Position numbers and translations under genes: made by a program. The notes beneath the pieces were generated by a model. The model was not told the DNA's origin, made no database searches, and saw only the letters and a list, made by a program, of their open reading frames with translations. Source: a virus (lineage: Duplodnaviria > Caudoviricetes). Taken from it: a stretch of 37,994 bases of DNA. Shown here piece after piece: positions 17,262-25,778 of the stretch (positions within the stretch are counted from its first letter, which is position 1; the number at the start of each line of letters is the position of its first letter). Where the stretch lies: IMG/VR virus record IMGVR_UViG_3300031716_000028, positions 1 through 37,994 of that record; one strand, given 5' to 3'.

Positions 17262-17761
17262 GCGGTAGAATCGGCTCGCCCGACCGCATCGGCAAAAGTG
17301 TCGAGTGGTACACACCGCGGTGGATCTTCGACGCCCTGGCGCTCGAGTTCGACCTCGACCCGGCCAGCCCGCACGACTTCGACACGCAGGTCCCGGCCCG
17401 CGTGAAATATACCCGGTTCGACGACGGCCTGAAAAAACCATGGTTCGGCGCGGTCTGGCTGAATCCGCCGTACAACAAAGACACGCCGTTTTGGATGCGG
17501 CGCCTGATCGACCACGGCGACGGGCTCGCGCTGGTGTTCAGCCGGACGGACGCCCGATGGTTTCAGGAATGCCTGAACGCCTGCAGCGCGTGCTTGCTGT
17601 TTCAGGGGCGTATCGAGTTCATCCCGGGCCATGAGAACGCGCACAAGGCCGCGAAATCCGGGGCCGGCTCGGCACTATTCGCCTTTGGCGATCGCTGCAG
17701 GGCGGCCATTCTGAATCTGCGAGACAGGGGCTTTTTAATCGACAAGGCGGTCACCGGATGA
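17258..17761 (+). CDS. Phage DNA N6-adenine methyltransferase (Dam-like phage family)
   Basis: Motifs EWYTP, FDLDPAS, DGL...W.G.VWLNPPY, RTDARWF and GRIEF. Confidence 0.9.
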   Translation: MSGRIGSPDRIGKSVEWYTPRWIFDALALEFDLDPASPHDFDTQVPARVKYTRFDDGLKKPWFGAVWLNPPYNKDTPFWMRRLIDHGDGLALVFSRTDARWFQECLNACSACLLFQGRIEFIPGHENAHKAAKSGAGSALFAFGDRCRAAILNLRDRGFLIDKAVTG

Positions 17762-18102
17762 AGAAAGCCCGCGACCCGTGGTATCCGTTCGCGTACGAAG
17801 CCTATGACCGAGACACAAAGGACCTTTCCGACGCCGCGGACCTGCTGTATAGACGATTGTTGACAGTGCTGTGGACAAATGGCGGTTTTATCCCGGTTGA
17901 CTGGGAATGGATCGGCAACCGGGTACGCAAGCGGCCGAGCACCGTGCGGAAGATTTTCGAGGCCGAGCTGGCTCAATTTTTCACCGTTCAGGGCTCGGAA
18001 ATGTATCAAAAGCGGCTGCTCGAGGAGTACAACAAAGCCGCCGACATAACGCAGAAACGTATCAACGCAGCAAAAAAGCGGAACGAGCCCGCCTGTGGAT
18101 AA
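17758..18102 (+). CDS. DUF1376/YdaU-like replication initiator (short, 114 aa)
   Basis: PWYPF...YDRDTKDLS....LYRRLL...W...G.IP and YQKRLLEE; immediately followed by origin-like DNA. Confidence 0.7.
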   Translation: MKKARDPWYPFAYEAYDRDTKDLSDAADLLYRRLLTVLWTNGGFIPVDWEWIGNRVRKRPSTVRKIFEAELAQFFTVQGSEMYQKRLLEEYNKAADITQKRINAAKKRNEPACG

Positions 18103-18320
18103 TTCTGTGGATTCTGGGGATAAATCGGCCTTTGACTGTGGAAAACACTTGCGTTTTGTAAAGATTTCAAAAAGATTATTCAAAATCTTTTCAAAATCTC
18201 GGAATTAAGTAATTGAAAAACAAGGGAACGCGCGGAGCAAATGCACACACATATTACAAGTATTTATATATATATTATTAAATTATAAATACTCAGTTAG
18301 TTATTTATGTATTAACCGAA
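18094..18320. other. Putative replication origin: DnaA-box cluster, short repeats and AT-rich unwinding region
   Basis: TGTGGATAA (18094), TGTGGATTC (18106), TGGGGATAA (18115), TGTGGAAAA (18137). TTCAAAA at 18166, 18179 and 18190. Very AT-rich stretch ~18250-18315 in a GC-rich genome. Confidence 0.75.
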
Positions 18321-18342
18321 AAGAAAGAGCGGAGCCAAAACC

Positions 18343-18909
18343 ATGACCACACACAGCAACGAGCGAGTTCTGAGACTGCGAAAAGGCGAAGTGATTTACA
18401 TCGCGGCACCACCCTACAAGCCGATCCTGATTCGGATCGACCCGAAGGTCGACGACATTGTCATCGAGGAAATCGACCCGCAGGACGTGCCAGAGACCGG
18501 GGAGAACGCAAGCGTGACATTCCCGAACCGCAGCGAAACACCGGAGCCCGAGGTCCTGGTATCGTCCACCGTGCAAGATCCCCAGGACTTTGCGGTGGAC
18601 CCTATCGACTTGGCAATCGAGAACGGCACCATCCAGCCCGTATTCCCTGAGCGATTCAACAAAAACGAGCCGCTACCGATCGACACCGCTGCGCAGCACA
18701 AAGCCGCCGTCGCGAAAACCATCAGCGCAGAGACCGAACTGTACAAGCACGAAAAAGTCGTGCACGGAGCCATAGTGTTCGGATATACACGCGATCCCGT
18801 AAGCCCGTACGACCGCAAGCCCGAACCCGAGAACGTGCAGCCAGCACCAGCAGGCGAACCACAGCAGCCCGACCTGCTACAGTCAGACATCCCTTTTGAC
18901 CTGAGTTAA
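18343..18909 (+). CDS. Hypothetical acidic, Pro-rich protein (188 aa)
   Basis: GGAG ribosome-binding site; sits between the origin and terS. Confidence 0.65.
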   Translation: MTTHSNERVLRLRKGEVIYIAAPPYKPILIRIDPKVDDIVIEEIDPQDVPETGENASVTFPNRSETPEPEVLVSSTVQDPQDFAVDPIDLAIENGTIQPVFPERFNKNEPLPIDTAAQHKAAVAKTISAETELYKHEKVVHGAIVFGYTRDPVSPYDRKPEPENVQPAPAGEPQQPDLLQSDIPFDLS

Positions 18910-18912
18910 ATC

Positions 18913-19560
18913 ATGGCAAGCAAAGCGATACTGGAAACCGTCAACGACCAGCAGGAAATATTCTGCCAGGACTACGCAACCCGCCTGCATGCCGGTAAGG
19001 CAGCGGAAAACGCGGGATATGCACGCGAATACGGGTACCAGCTGCTTAAATTGCCTCACATCATCGAGCGAATCGCAGAAATACAGCGGAACGGCGGCAT
19101 CCGCATGATCGTGACCCAAGGCAAGGTAGTACGCGAGGCTGCCTATCTGGCGTACTCGGACATCACCGACGTTGTCGGGGTAAACACCGTCGAGGCCCTC
19201 AAGGCTTTACCCGAGAACGTGCGTAGGGCCATCCAGAGCATCAAAATGACCCGTACCCCTATACTGCGGGATGGGTCGGCCGATCGTCGCTCTCAGCGCA
19301 CTACAGAGCTCCTGGATGCCACTTCCGAAAGTGCCCAAACTTGTCACAAAGTGACAGACGGGGTTCTGTACGAGGAAACGATCGAGATCAAAATGCACCC
19401 GAAAATGGAAGCCATCAAGCTGCTCGCCCTGGTCACTCAGGCCGTCAAAGATCCCGAGGACCTGCGCAAGCAGGCGCCCGCATTTACCGGCATGGCGATC
19501 ACGGTCGCCCAGCCTAAAAAAGCACTTTCGAGCAAAAAACGGAGCGAAAACGATGAATAA
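18913..19560 (+). CDS. terS: Terminase small subunit
   Basis: QEIFCQDY...AGKAAENAGY...LLKLPHIIERI, LAYSDITDV and IKMHPKMEAIKLL. Confidence 0.85.
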   Translation: MASKAILETVNDQQEIFCQDYATRLHAGKAAENAGYAREYGYQLLKLPHIIERIAEIQRNGGIRMIVTQGKVVREAAYLAYSDITDVVGVNTVEALKALPENVRRAIQSIKMTRTPILRDGSADRRSQRTTELLDATSESAQTCHKVTDGVLYEETIEIKMHPKMEAIKLLALVTQAVKDPEDLRKQAPAFTGMAITVAQPKKALSSKKRSENDE

Positions 19561-19771
19561 AGAACTGTCCGAAATTGCGAAATACTTCGACTGGGCGGGC
19601 CTGATTATCGCCGCCCTGTTCTTCGCGCTGGGCTATGTGCACGGCGGATTCGATCAGCCGAAGCCCGAGCCCTGCCCGGTGTGCGATGCGCAGCCCTTTT
19701 GCCAGGTCATGGGCTCGCCCGTCGGCGGCCGCATGGCGCAGCTGCCCGAGGGCGTAGGCCCGCGCGATTAG
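19553..19771 (+). CDS. Small membrane protein with Cys-containing tail
   Basis: WAGLIIAALFFALGYV hydrophobic segment, then PCPVC; GGAG upstream. Confidence 0.55.
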   Translation: MNKELSEIAKYFDWAGLIIAALFFALGYVHGGFDQPKPEPCPVCDAQPFCQVMGSPVGGRMAQLPEGVGPRD

Positions 19772-19785
19772 TTCCACGTGAAACC
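19771..19785. promoter_or_regulatory. parS-like site (GTTCCACGTGAAACC), copy 2
   Basis: Same 15-mer as 511-525; at a gene boundary, about 1.7 kb from the origin. Confidence 0.7.
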
Positions 19786-19989
19786 GATGGACCTTAAGCT
19801 TTCCGCCGCGCTGTCGATCGCTGGCAAGCACCGCGAGCTGACGCCATCCAGCCAGAAAGCGAGCTGCCCGCCAGAGCAGCGAATTACGTGGCGCCGTGGT
19901 GGGAAAAGCGGTATAACGACGACTACGGCCAGTTCATCCGCGCGAACTGGTCGCACTTCAAGGCTTTAATCAAACCGGAGACCTGACCC

Positions 19990-20298
19990 ATGGCAATGTT
20001 CAAAAAAGTAATGCTCAAGACCGAAAGCGGCGATCCCGTCCGCCCGGAGGGCTTCACCATTCCCAGCTTCGACAATTTCGTCAACCGCCAGGGCGCGCGG
20101 GGATTTCCCGAGGTCCTGTTCTGGAATGAGCGGGTTTTCGTGTTCACGTCGTTCGACCGGCCGCTGACCGATGGCGCGCCGAACGTGGGCGTGTATACCG
20201 AAAGCTTCGCCGCGGCGATCGTGCCGATTCCCGAGATTGACGACAACGGGTTCAAGCTGACCGATTCCAGCGACGAGGCCAACCCGGCCGACGCGTAA
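19990..20298 (+). CDS. Hypothetical protein (102 aa)
   Basis: GGAG upstream; codon usage typical of the genome. Confidence 0.65.
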   Translation: MAMFKKVMLKTESGDPVRPEGFTIPSFDNFVNRQGARGFPEVLFWNERVFVFTSFDRPLTDGAPNVGVYTESFAAAIVPIPEIDDNGFKLTDSSDEANPADA

Positions 20299-20324
20299 CA
20301 CCGCAACAACACGGAGCCACCACC

Positions 20325-21002
20325 ATGAAACTCAGAGTTACGCGGGTTTTCCCCGCATTCCTGCGCGGGATACTCTCGCCCGCCGATATCGCGATTAAGC
20401 CCGGCCCGGCGGTTCAGGTATTGCCGACGCCCGAGCAGGGCGAGCTGCAGCGGTTGCGCCTGCGCGTGAATGAGCTGACGCGCGAGGTCGAAGAACTGCG
20501 GCGCGGCCAGCCCGACCCGGTCACCGCGGCCAAGCGTTTCGATATCGCGCTCATCAAGCAGGCCGATAAATCGCAGGCGCAGGGCATCAAGTTCCGCCGG
20601 CTGAAGGGCGAGGTTGTCCGCATGAAAACGCTGTACGGGCACATCGCGCCGTATCTGCGCAGCCTGCCGAAAGCCGGGTTTTCCCAGCTGCAAAAGGCGG
20701 CGATCGATGATATTGCGTATGCGGCCGAGCAAATCGGCGCGATCGACCCGGACCTGTTCGGGCTGTCGCGCGCCGAGGAGGTCCGCGTCATCGAGCAAAA
20801 GAACCTCGCGCGTGCCGTCCTGGCGGGCCTCGATGTTGTCAACCAGCTGTCGGCAGACCATAATCCCCAGACTTCAAACAACGGAGCACTGACCCATGAC
20901 GACAGCAACAGCAGGCAAGCCGAAAATCAAGCTCAAGGCCAGAACGCCAGCGCCAGCCCCTACAGCAGCCACCCCCAAGAAGACGACGGCGAAGCCGGCT
21001 AA
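20325..21002 (+). CDS. Hypothetical coiled-coil protein (225 aa)
   Basis: GGAG ribosome-binding site; LQRLRLRVNELTREVEELRR. The 3' end overlaps the next gene. Confidence 0.65.
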   Translation: MKLRVTRVFPAFLRGILSPADIAIKPGPAVQVLPTPEQGELQRLRLRVNELTREVEELRRGQPDPVTAAKRFDIALIKQADKSQAQGIKFRRLKGEVVRMKTLYGHIAPYLRSLPKAGFSQLQKAAIDDIAYAAEQIGAIDPDLFGLSRAEEVRVIEQKNLARAVLAGLDVVNQLSADHNPQTSNNGALTHDDSNSRQAENQAQGQNASASPYSSHPQEDDGEAG

Positions 21003-21297
21003 ACCCGCGAAAAAGGCGAAGAAAAAGAAAAAGCCCGTCAAGGTCACCCCGGCCCCGATGCAGCGCCGCGCGGCCAGCGACGACCAGACGTTCACGGTTA
21101 CGCTGCGCACCCGTCATGCCGAGTGGGTCAAGATGCGCGCTGCCCAGAGTCGCCGCACGGTCGAGCAGCAGCTCGAGAAAATCGTCCGCGAGAATTACGC
21201 GCTTGACCCGAACAACAAGACGGGCGGCACCACCACCGACGCGACGCAGGTCGGAGCCCTGGCCGAGAAGAAACAGCAAGCCGCGGCCGAGTCGTGA
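20896..21297 (+). CDS. Lys/Ala/Pro-rich protein with RHH-like C-terminal domain
   Basis: GGAG ribosome-binding site; TPKKTTAKPAKPAKKAKKKKK, then FTVTLRTRHAEWVKMRAAQSRRTVEQQLEKIVRE. Confidence 0.6.
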   Translation: MTTATAGKPKIKLKARTPAPAPTAATPKKTTAKPAKPAKKAKKKKKPVKVTPAPMQRRAASDDQTFTVTLRTRHAEWVKMRAAQSRRTVEQQLEKIVRENYALDPNNKTGGTTTDATQVGALAEKKQQAAAES

Positions 21298-21824
21298 CAG
21301 AAAAGCTTTCCCCCTGGTTCTGCATGCTGCACGGCGACGTTAAGCAGGACGTTGCCGCCAGCTGCGCGGACTACGACGGCAAGCCCGATGCCGTAATGAA
21401 GTCCTGCCTAACCTGCAACCGCCACCGGACCAGCGCCGCCCCGAAAAAGCAGGTACTCATCACGCCGAAACAGCGGCAGGCGTACATCATCAGCGCCCGC
21501 GAATGGTGGGACACGAAGGGCCGGCATATGGTCGCGCAGAAGGGCAACGAGGAGCGGGTCGGCGGCAAGTTCCGCGCCGGCACCGGCAACGCGCCCGGCA
21601 TCCGCACCACCGGCAGCAAGGAAAAGGTTCTGCCCTCGGGGATCTTGAACGGCAAAATGTTCGACAACCTGACACCGCGCGAGCGGTCGCAGGTGCTCAA
21701 GGCCTGGATGCACTACTACACCGAGTTCAAGTTCCCGGACCTCACCGAGAAAGACCTCGCCCGCGCCAAGCAAAAGCTGAAGATCAAGCCCGCCACCATC
21801 GCCGAAGCCGTTAAGCTGCACTGA
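21294..21824 (+). CDS. Hypothetical basic protein with N-terminal Cys/His cluster
   Basis: GTGA and TGATG overlaps with both neighbours; C..H...C...C..C pattern. Confidence 0.65.
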   Translation: MTEKLSPWFCMLHGDVKQDVAASCADYDGKPDAVMKSCLTCNRHRTSAAPKKQVLITPKQRQAYIISAREWWDTKGRHMVAQKGNEERVGGKFRAGTGNAPGIRTTGSKEKVLPSGILNGKMFDNLTPRERSQVLKAWMHYYTEFKFPDLTEKDLARAKQKLKIKPATIAEAVKLH

Positions 21825-23470
21825 TGCGCGCGGAGTTCCGCCCGGAAATCGATTTTTCCAGCTCGCCGACGCTGTCGGAATACGTCATGTATTGGCCGCA
21901 GGACCCGATCAGCCGCGCCGTGCTCGGCGTGTTCGGGCCGGTCGGCTCGGGCAAGTCAACGGCCTGCTGTGTGAAGCTGATGATGATCGGCTTTCTGCAG
22001 GACCCGGACCCGCGCGACAACATCCGAAAGGCCCGCCTCGGCGTCATCCGCAACACGACGCCCCAGCTGAAAAGCACCACGATCAAGACCTGGCTTGATA
22101 TCTTCCCGCAGGAACAATGCGGGCCTATCGTGTTCAGCTCGCCGATTATCCAGCGCATCCGGGTTCCGGTCGGCCCGAACGGCGAGCCCGGCCTCGACAT
22201 CGAAATCATGTTCCTGGCGCTCGACAACGAAAAGGACATCGGCAAACTGAAGTCGATGGACTGGACGGCGCTGTACATCAACGAGGCCGACCTCATCGCC
22301 CCGGCCGTGTTTCGGTATGCCCGCCGGCGCCTCGGCCGGTATCCGCGCAAGCATGGCGATTTTCAGGCCAAGTACCCCGTCATCATCATGGACTGCAACA
22401 GCGTCGACGAGGACCACCAGCTGGCCGAGTGGTACCAGAACCCGCCCGAGGACTGGAAATTCTGGAAGCAGCCGGCCGCGGTGCTCGAGGTCAAGCAGGT
22501 CGCCAAGGGCCTGTTCGAAGTCGTCGAGGACGATCCGCGGTACAAGGGCCAGCGCATCAAGGCCCGCCGCGCCTACGAGGCCGCGCACCGGCTTTGGTTG
22601 CTCAATCCCGAGGCCGAGAACCTGGCGCACTTGCAGGATGGCTATTACGAAACCCAGCTCGCCGGCAGCAAGCTCGCCGAAATTCAGCGCGACCTGCAGG
22701 TCAAATTCGTATTTAACACGTCGGGCAAGCCGGTTATTCCCGACTTCGCCGACGACGTCCACACCGCCGAGTTCCCGGTCCTCGAGGACGTACCGCTCGA
22801 GCTGTGTTCTGACTTGGGCGGCGGCACGCTGAACCCGGCGGCGCATGCGTTTCAGTGGCACCCGCGCGGGACCTTGCTCATCCACGACGAGCTGTATGGC
22901 TCCGTGGTTGGCGTCGATCGGTTCAGCAAGGAAATGTCGAGAATGTTGAAGCGGCCGCACTTCAAGAATGCGCCACTGCCGCCGGCCGGGAAGGGCCTGC
23001 GCCTGCACACCGACCCGGCTGGCGTGAAGCGCGACGAGGTTTTCGAGACCTCGGTCCATGACTACCTGATCGGGTACGGCTGGCAAGTGCTGCCTGCTGA
23101 CAGCAACGACCCGCTGTTGCGCATCGAGTCGATCACCAACTGCGCCACCCGCATCATTCACGGCAAGCCCGGCCTGCTGATACACAAGCGTTGCCGGATG
23201 ACGCGCAAGGCCCTCGCCGGTAAATGGCAGTATCGCCGGCTGAAAATCAGCGGCACCGAGGACCGCTATCACAACGAGCCCGACAAAACGCACCCGTGGA
23301 GCGACCTCGGCGACTCGCTGGGTTACGGCGCCATGTCGCGCGAGTCTCGCCGGTTCCGGCGCGCACTCGACAGCCCGCGCCAGCAGGCCGCGCGCGTGCA
23401 GTTTGACGTTTACGGCACGGCGCCCGGCACGGTTTCACAAGCAAAAACGGACTTTAACCCCCATGACTAA
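21824..23470 (+). CDS. terL: Terminase large subunit
   Basis: Walker A GPVGSGKS, IRNTTPQLKSTTIKTW, Walker B YINEAD, RRLGRYP and nuclease-domain acidic motifs (SDLG, TDPAG, WSDLGDSLGY). Confidence 0.92.
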   Translation: MRAEFRPEIDFSSSPTLSEYVMYWPQDPISRAVLGVFGPVGSGKSTACCVKLMMIGFLQDPDPRDNIRKARLGVIRNTTPQLKSTTIKTWLDIFPQEQCGPIVFSSPIIQRIRVPVGPNGEPGLDIEIMFLALDNEKDIGKLKSMDWTALYINEADLIAPAVFRYARRRLGRYPRKHGDFQAKYPVIIMDCNSVDEDHQLAEWYQNPPEDWKFWKQPAAVLEVKQVAKGLFEVVEDDPRYKGQRIKARRAYEAAHRLWLLNPEAENLAHLQDGYYETQLAGSKLAEIQRDLQVKFVFNTSGKPVIPDFADDVHTAEFPVLEDVPLELCSDLGGGTLNPAAHAFQWHPRGTLLIHDELYGSVVGVDRFSKEMSRMLKRPHFKNAPLPPAGKGLRLHTDPAGVKRDEVFETSVHDYLIGYGWQVLPADSNDPLLRIESITNCATRIIHGKPGLLIHKRCRMTRKALAGKWQYRRLKISGTEDRYHNEPDKTHPWSDLGDSLGYGAMSRESRRFRRALDSPRQQAARVQFDVYGTAPGTVSQAKTDFNPHD

Positions 23471-23975
23471 AGCCGTCGATTACGACCCTTCAAAGAACGC
23501 GGTCCTGTGGTACGTCGCCTTTTCGCCGCGGGCAACGCACCTTATGCCGTGGTGGGTGCGCCTGTTCACGCGCGATAATTTCCAGCACTGCTACGCTTTC
23601 CGCGACTACAACGGCATCACTCTGATCGTCAACCATATCGCGCAGGGTTTGCTGGTCGATGCGACCAACGTGAAGGCGGTCGACTGCGCTAAAGCGATCG
23701 CGCGCGACAAGGGCGAAACCATTGTCCTTTTTGCAAGCCGTTTAAAACCCCGCTACACTCCCCGAGGAGTGCAGTCCTGTGTATCGGTTGTCAAGGCGCT
23801 GATCGGCCTCGCCGCCTGGCGCGTCTGGACACCGCAAGGGCTGTACCAGTACCTCATCGATAACGGCGGAGTGGTCATATGGGCGGAAAAGGGCGTCAAA
23901 TCCAACCGAGCGAAACCGAGCGCCGCGCCATCAACCTGCGCGAGCAGAACGAACTCGCGACCCAAATCCAGCTGA
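23463..23975 (+). CDS. Putative permuted papain-like (YiiX/YebB-type NlpC/P60) protein
   Basis: His (FQHCYAF) precedes Cys (QSCVSVVK), followed by TPQGLYQYL. Confidence 0.5.
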   Translation: MTKAVDYDPSKNAVLWYVAFSPRATHLMPWWVRLFTRDNFQHCYAFRDYNGITLIVNHIAQGLLVDATNVKAVDCAKAIARDKGETIVLFASRLKPRYTPRGVQSCVSVVKALIGLAAWRVWTPQGLYQYLIDNGGVVIWAEKGVKSNRAKPSAAPSTCASRTNSRPKSS

Positions 23976-24106
23976 ATGCCGATCAAGAGCGGCGCATGCG
24001 CGCGATGCAGCGCGGCGGCCGCAAGCTGTTGCTGTTCAACAACGTGCTAGGCGTGAAGCCCCAGCAGCAACAGCAGCAGACCGCCACCATGGGCGTGCGC
24101 AGCTAA
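23879..24106 (+). CDS. Small virion protein preceding the portal (gp7.3-like position)
   Basis: MGGKG start, Gln/Arg-rich helix, TAATG coupling to the portal gene. Confidence 0.6.
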   Translation: MGGKGRQIQPSETERRAINLREQNELATQIQLNADQERRMRAMQRGGRKLLLFNNVLGVKPQQQQQQTATMGVRS

Positions 24107-25755
24107 TGCCCTTCAAGGTCCTCAACGCGCAGGCCGCACTCCTCGACATCGAGGACATCAAGAAACGATTTTCCAATTCCGAGCGGGTCAAACTGCTGTG
24201 GGAGCCCCTGCTGCGGGCCGTGTACGAGTTCTTTCTCCCGAACCGGAACCTGTACTACAGCACCGCCCAGACTCAGGGCCAGCTGAAAACCGACCGGGTA
24301 TTCGACTCGACGGCGCAGATATCGATGATGCGCAGCGCGAACCGCATCCAGTCGACCCTGATGCCGCCGTTCGCGAAGTGGGCCGGGTTGCAGGCCGGGC
24401 CGATGATTCCCGACAACAAGCGGGACGAAGTCAACAAGCAGCTCGAGTTCATTGAGCGCCAACTGTTCGCGGTCATTCACGCGAGCAATTTCGATACCGC
24501 GATCAACGAGACCCTGATCGAACTGCTGGTCGGCACCGCCGCGCTGCTCACCCTGCCGGGCGACTTCGATCACCCGGTTATGTACATCGCGGTACCGTTG
24601 CAGCAGGTCTACCTCGAAGAGGGTCCTTGGGGATCTGTCGGCGGCGTGTTCCGCAAGCATCGCGTCATGGTCCGCAACATCATGGGCCAGTGGACCGACA
24701 TCAAGAAACTGCCTGACGCGCTGGCCAAGCTGCAGCAGGAAAACCCCGAGGCCGAGGCCGAAATCCTCGAGTACACGTATCAGTCCCGCGCCAACGGCCG
24801 GAACGTCTGGGTCTATGACCTGATATGCCTCAGTGCCGGCGCCGTCGCGCAGAACATGCGCCTGCACAATCGCGTGTACAACCGGAACCCCTGGATTACG
24901 CCGCGCTGGCTGAAAATCGCCGGCGAGGTCTACGGCCGCGGGCCTGCCGTGTTCGCCCTGCCCGATGTCAAGACTCAGAACAAAATCATCGAGCTGGTCC
25001 TGCGGAATGCGGCGCTGGCCGTGTCGGGCGTCTGGACGTACGTCGATGACGGCATCCTGAACCCGAACACCATCGCCATTATTCCGGGCGCGACGATTCA
25101 GGTCGGCGCCAACGGTGGCGCGCGCGGGGCTTCCCTGCAGCCGCTCAATCGCCCCGGCGACCTTGGCCTTGCGATGGACCTGAACGAGTACTACACGATG
25201 CAGATTAAAAAACATCTGCTCGACGATTCCCTGCCGCCGGACGCGGGGCCTGTGCGCAGCGCCACCGAAATCGTCCAGCGCATTAAGGACCTGGCTCGCG
25301 ACATCGGCGGGCCTTTCGGTCGTCTGTACACCGAGCTGGTCGTCCCGGTCATCCAGAACACGCTCGACATCATGGAGGACGCCGGCTTGATTCCGCGCGT
25401 CTCGGTTAACGGGCTCGGCGTGCGCGTCGTCGTTACCTCGCCGCTCGCGGTCGAGCAAAACCTGAACGACGTGCAGAACGCCGTGAACTGGCTGTCGGCC
25501 CTGGCGCAGTTCGGGCCGGAAACAGTCAGCACCGCGGCGAAGCTCGAGGAAATCGGCGCATGGATGGGCGAAAAGCTCGGCGTTCCGGCCGACCTGATCC
25601 GGACCAAGGACGAGCGCGCGAACATGAAAAAGATGCTGCAGGCGGCCGCCGCCAAGCAGCTCGGCATCGAACAAGGCGACTCGCGCAACCTCGTTCCCAT
25701 GCCGACCCTGCCGGCCGGTGCTGGCGCTGCGCCGCCGATGGCACAAGCAGCCTGA
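24106..25755 (+). CDS. Portal (head-to-tail connector) protein
   Basis: 549 aa; FDSTA, SNFD...L.GTA, PRWLKIAGEVYGRGPA and RSATEIVQR are T7/BPP-1-type connector motifs. Confidence 0.92.
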   Translation: MPFKVLNAQAALLDIEDIKKRFSNSERVKLLWEPLLRAVYEFFLPNRNLYYSTAQTQGQLKTDRVFDSTAQISMMRSANRIQSTLMPPFAKWAGLQAGPMIPDNKRDEVNKQLEFIERQLFAVIHASNFDTAINETLIELLVGTAALLTLPGDFDHPVMYIAVPLQQVYLEEGPWGSVGGVFRKHRVMVRNIMGQWTDIKKLPDALAKLQQENPEAEAEILEYTYQSRANGRNVWVYDLICLSAGAVAQNMRLHNRVYNRNPWITPRWLKIAGEVYGRGPAVFALPDVKTQNKIIELVLRNAALAVSGVWTYVDDGILNPNTIAIIPGATIQVGANGGARGASLQPLNRPGDLGLAMDLNEYYTMQIKKHLLDDSLPPDAGPVRSATEIVQRIKDLARDIGGPFGRLYTELVVPVIQNTLDIMEDAGLIPRVSVNGLGVRVVVTSPLAVEQNLNDVQNAVNWLSALAQFGPETVSTAAKLEEIGAWMGEKLGVPADLIRTKDERANMKKMLQAAAAKQLGIEQGDSRNLVPMPTLPAGAGAAPPMAQAA

Positions 25756-25778
25756 TTTTTTAACGTACGGAGCCAACA

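Noticed and set aside
18250-18320. dif/Xer site or attP in the AT-rich tract
   Set aside because: No convincing XerC/XerD arm pair, and no recombinase gene recognised.
18343-18460. CsrA-like N-terminus (VLRLRKGEVIYI)
   Set aside because: Similarity is limited to the first strand; the conserved VRIGI.AP...HREE part is absent.
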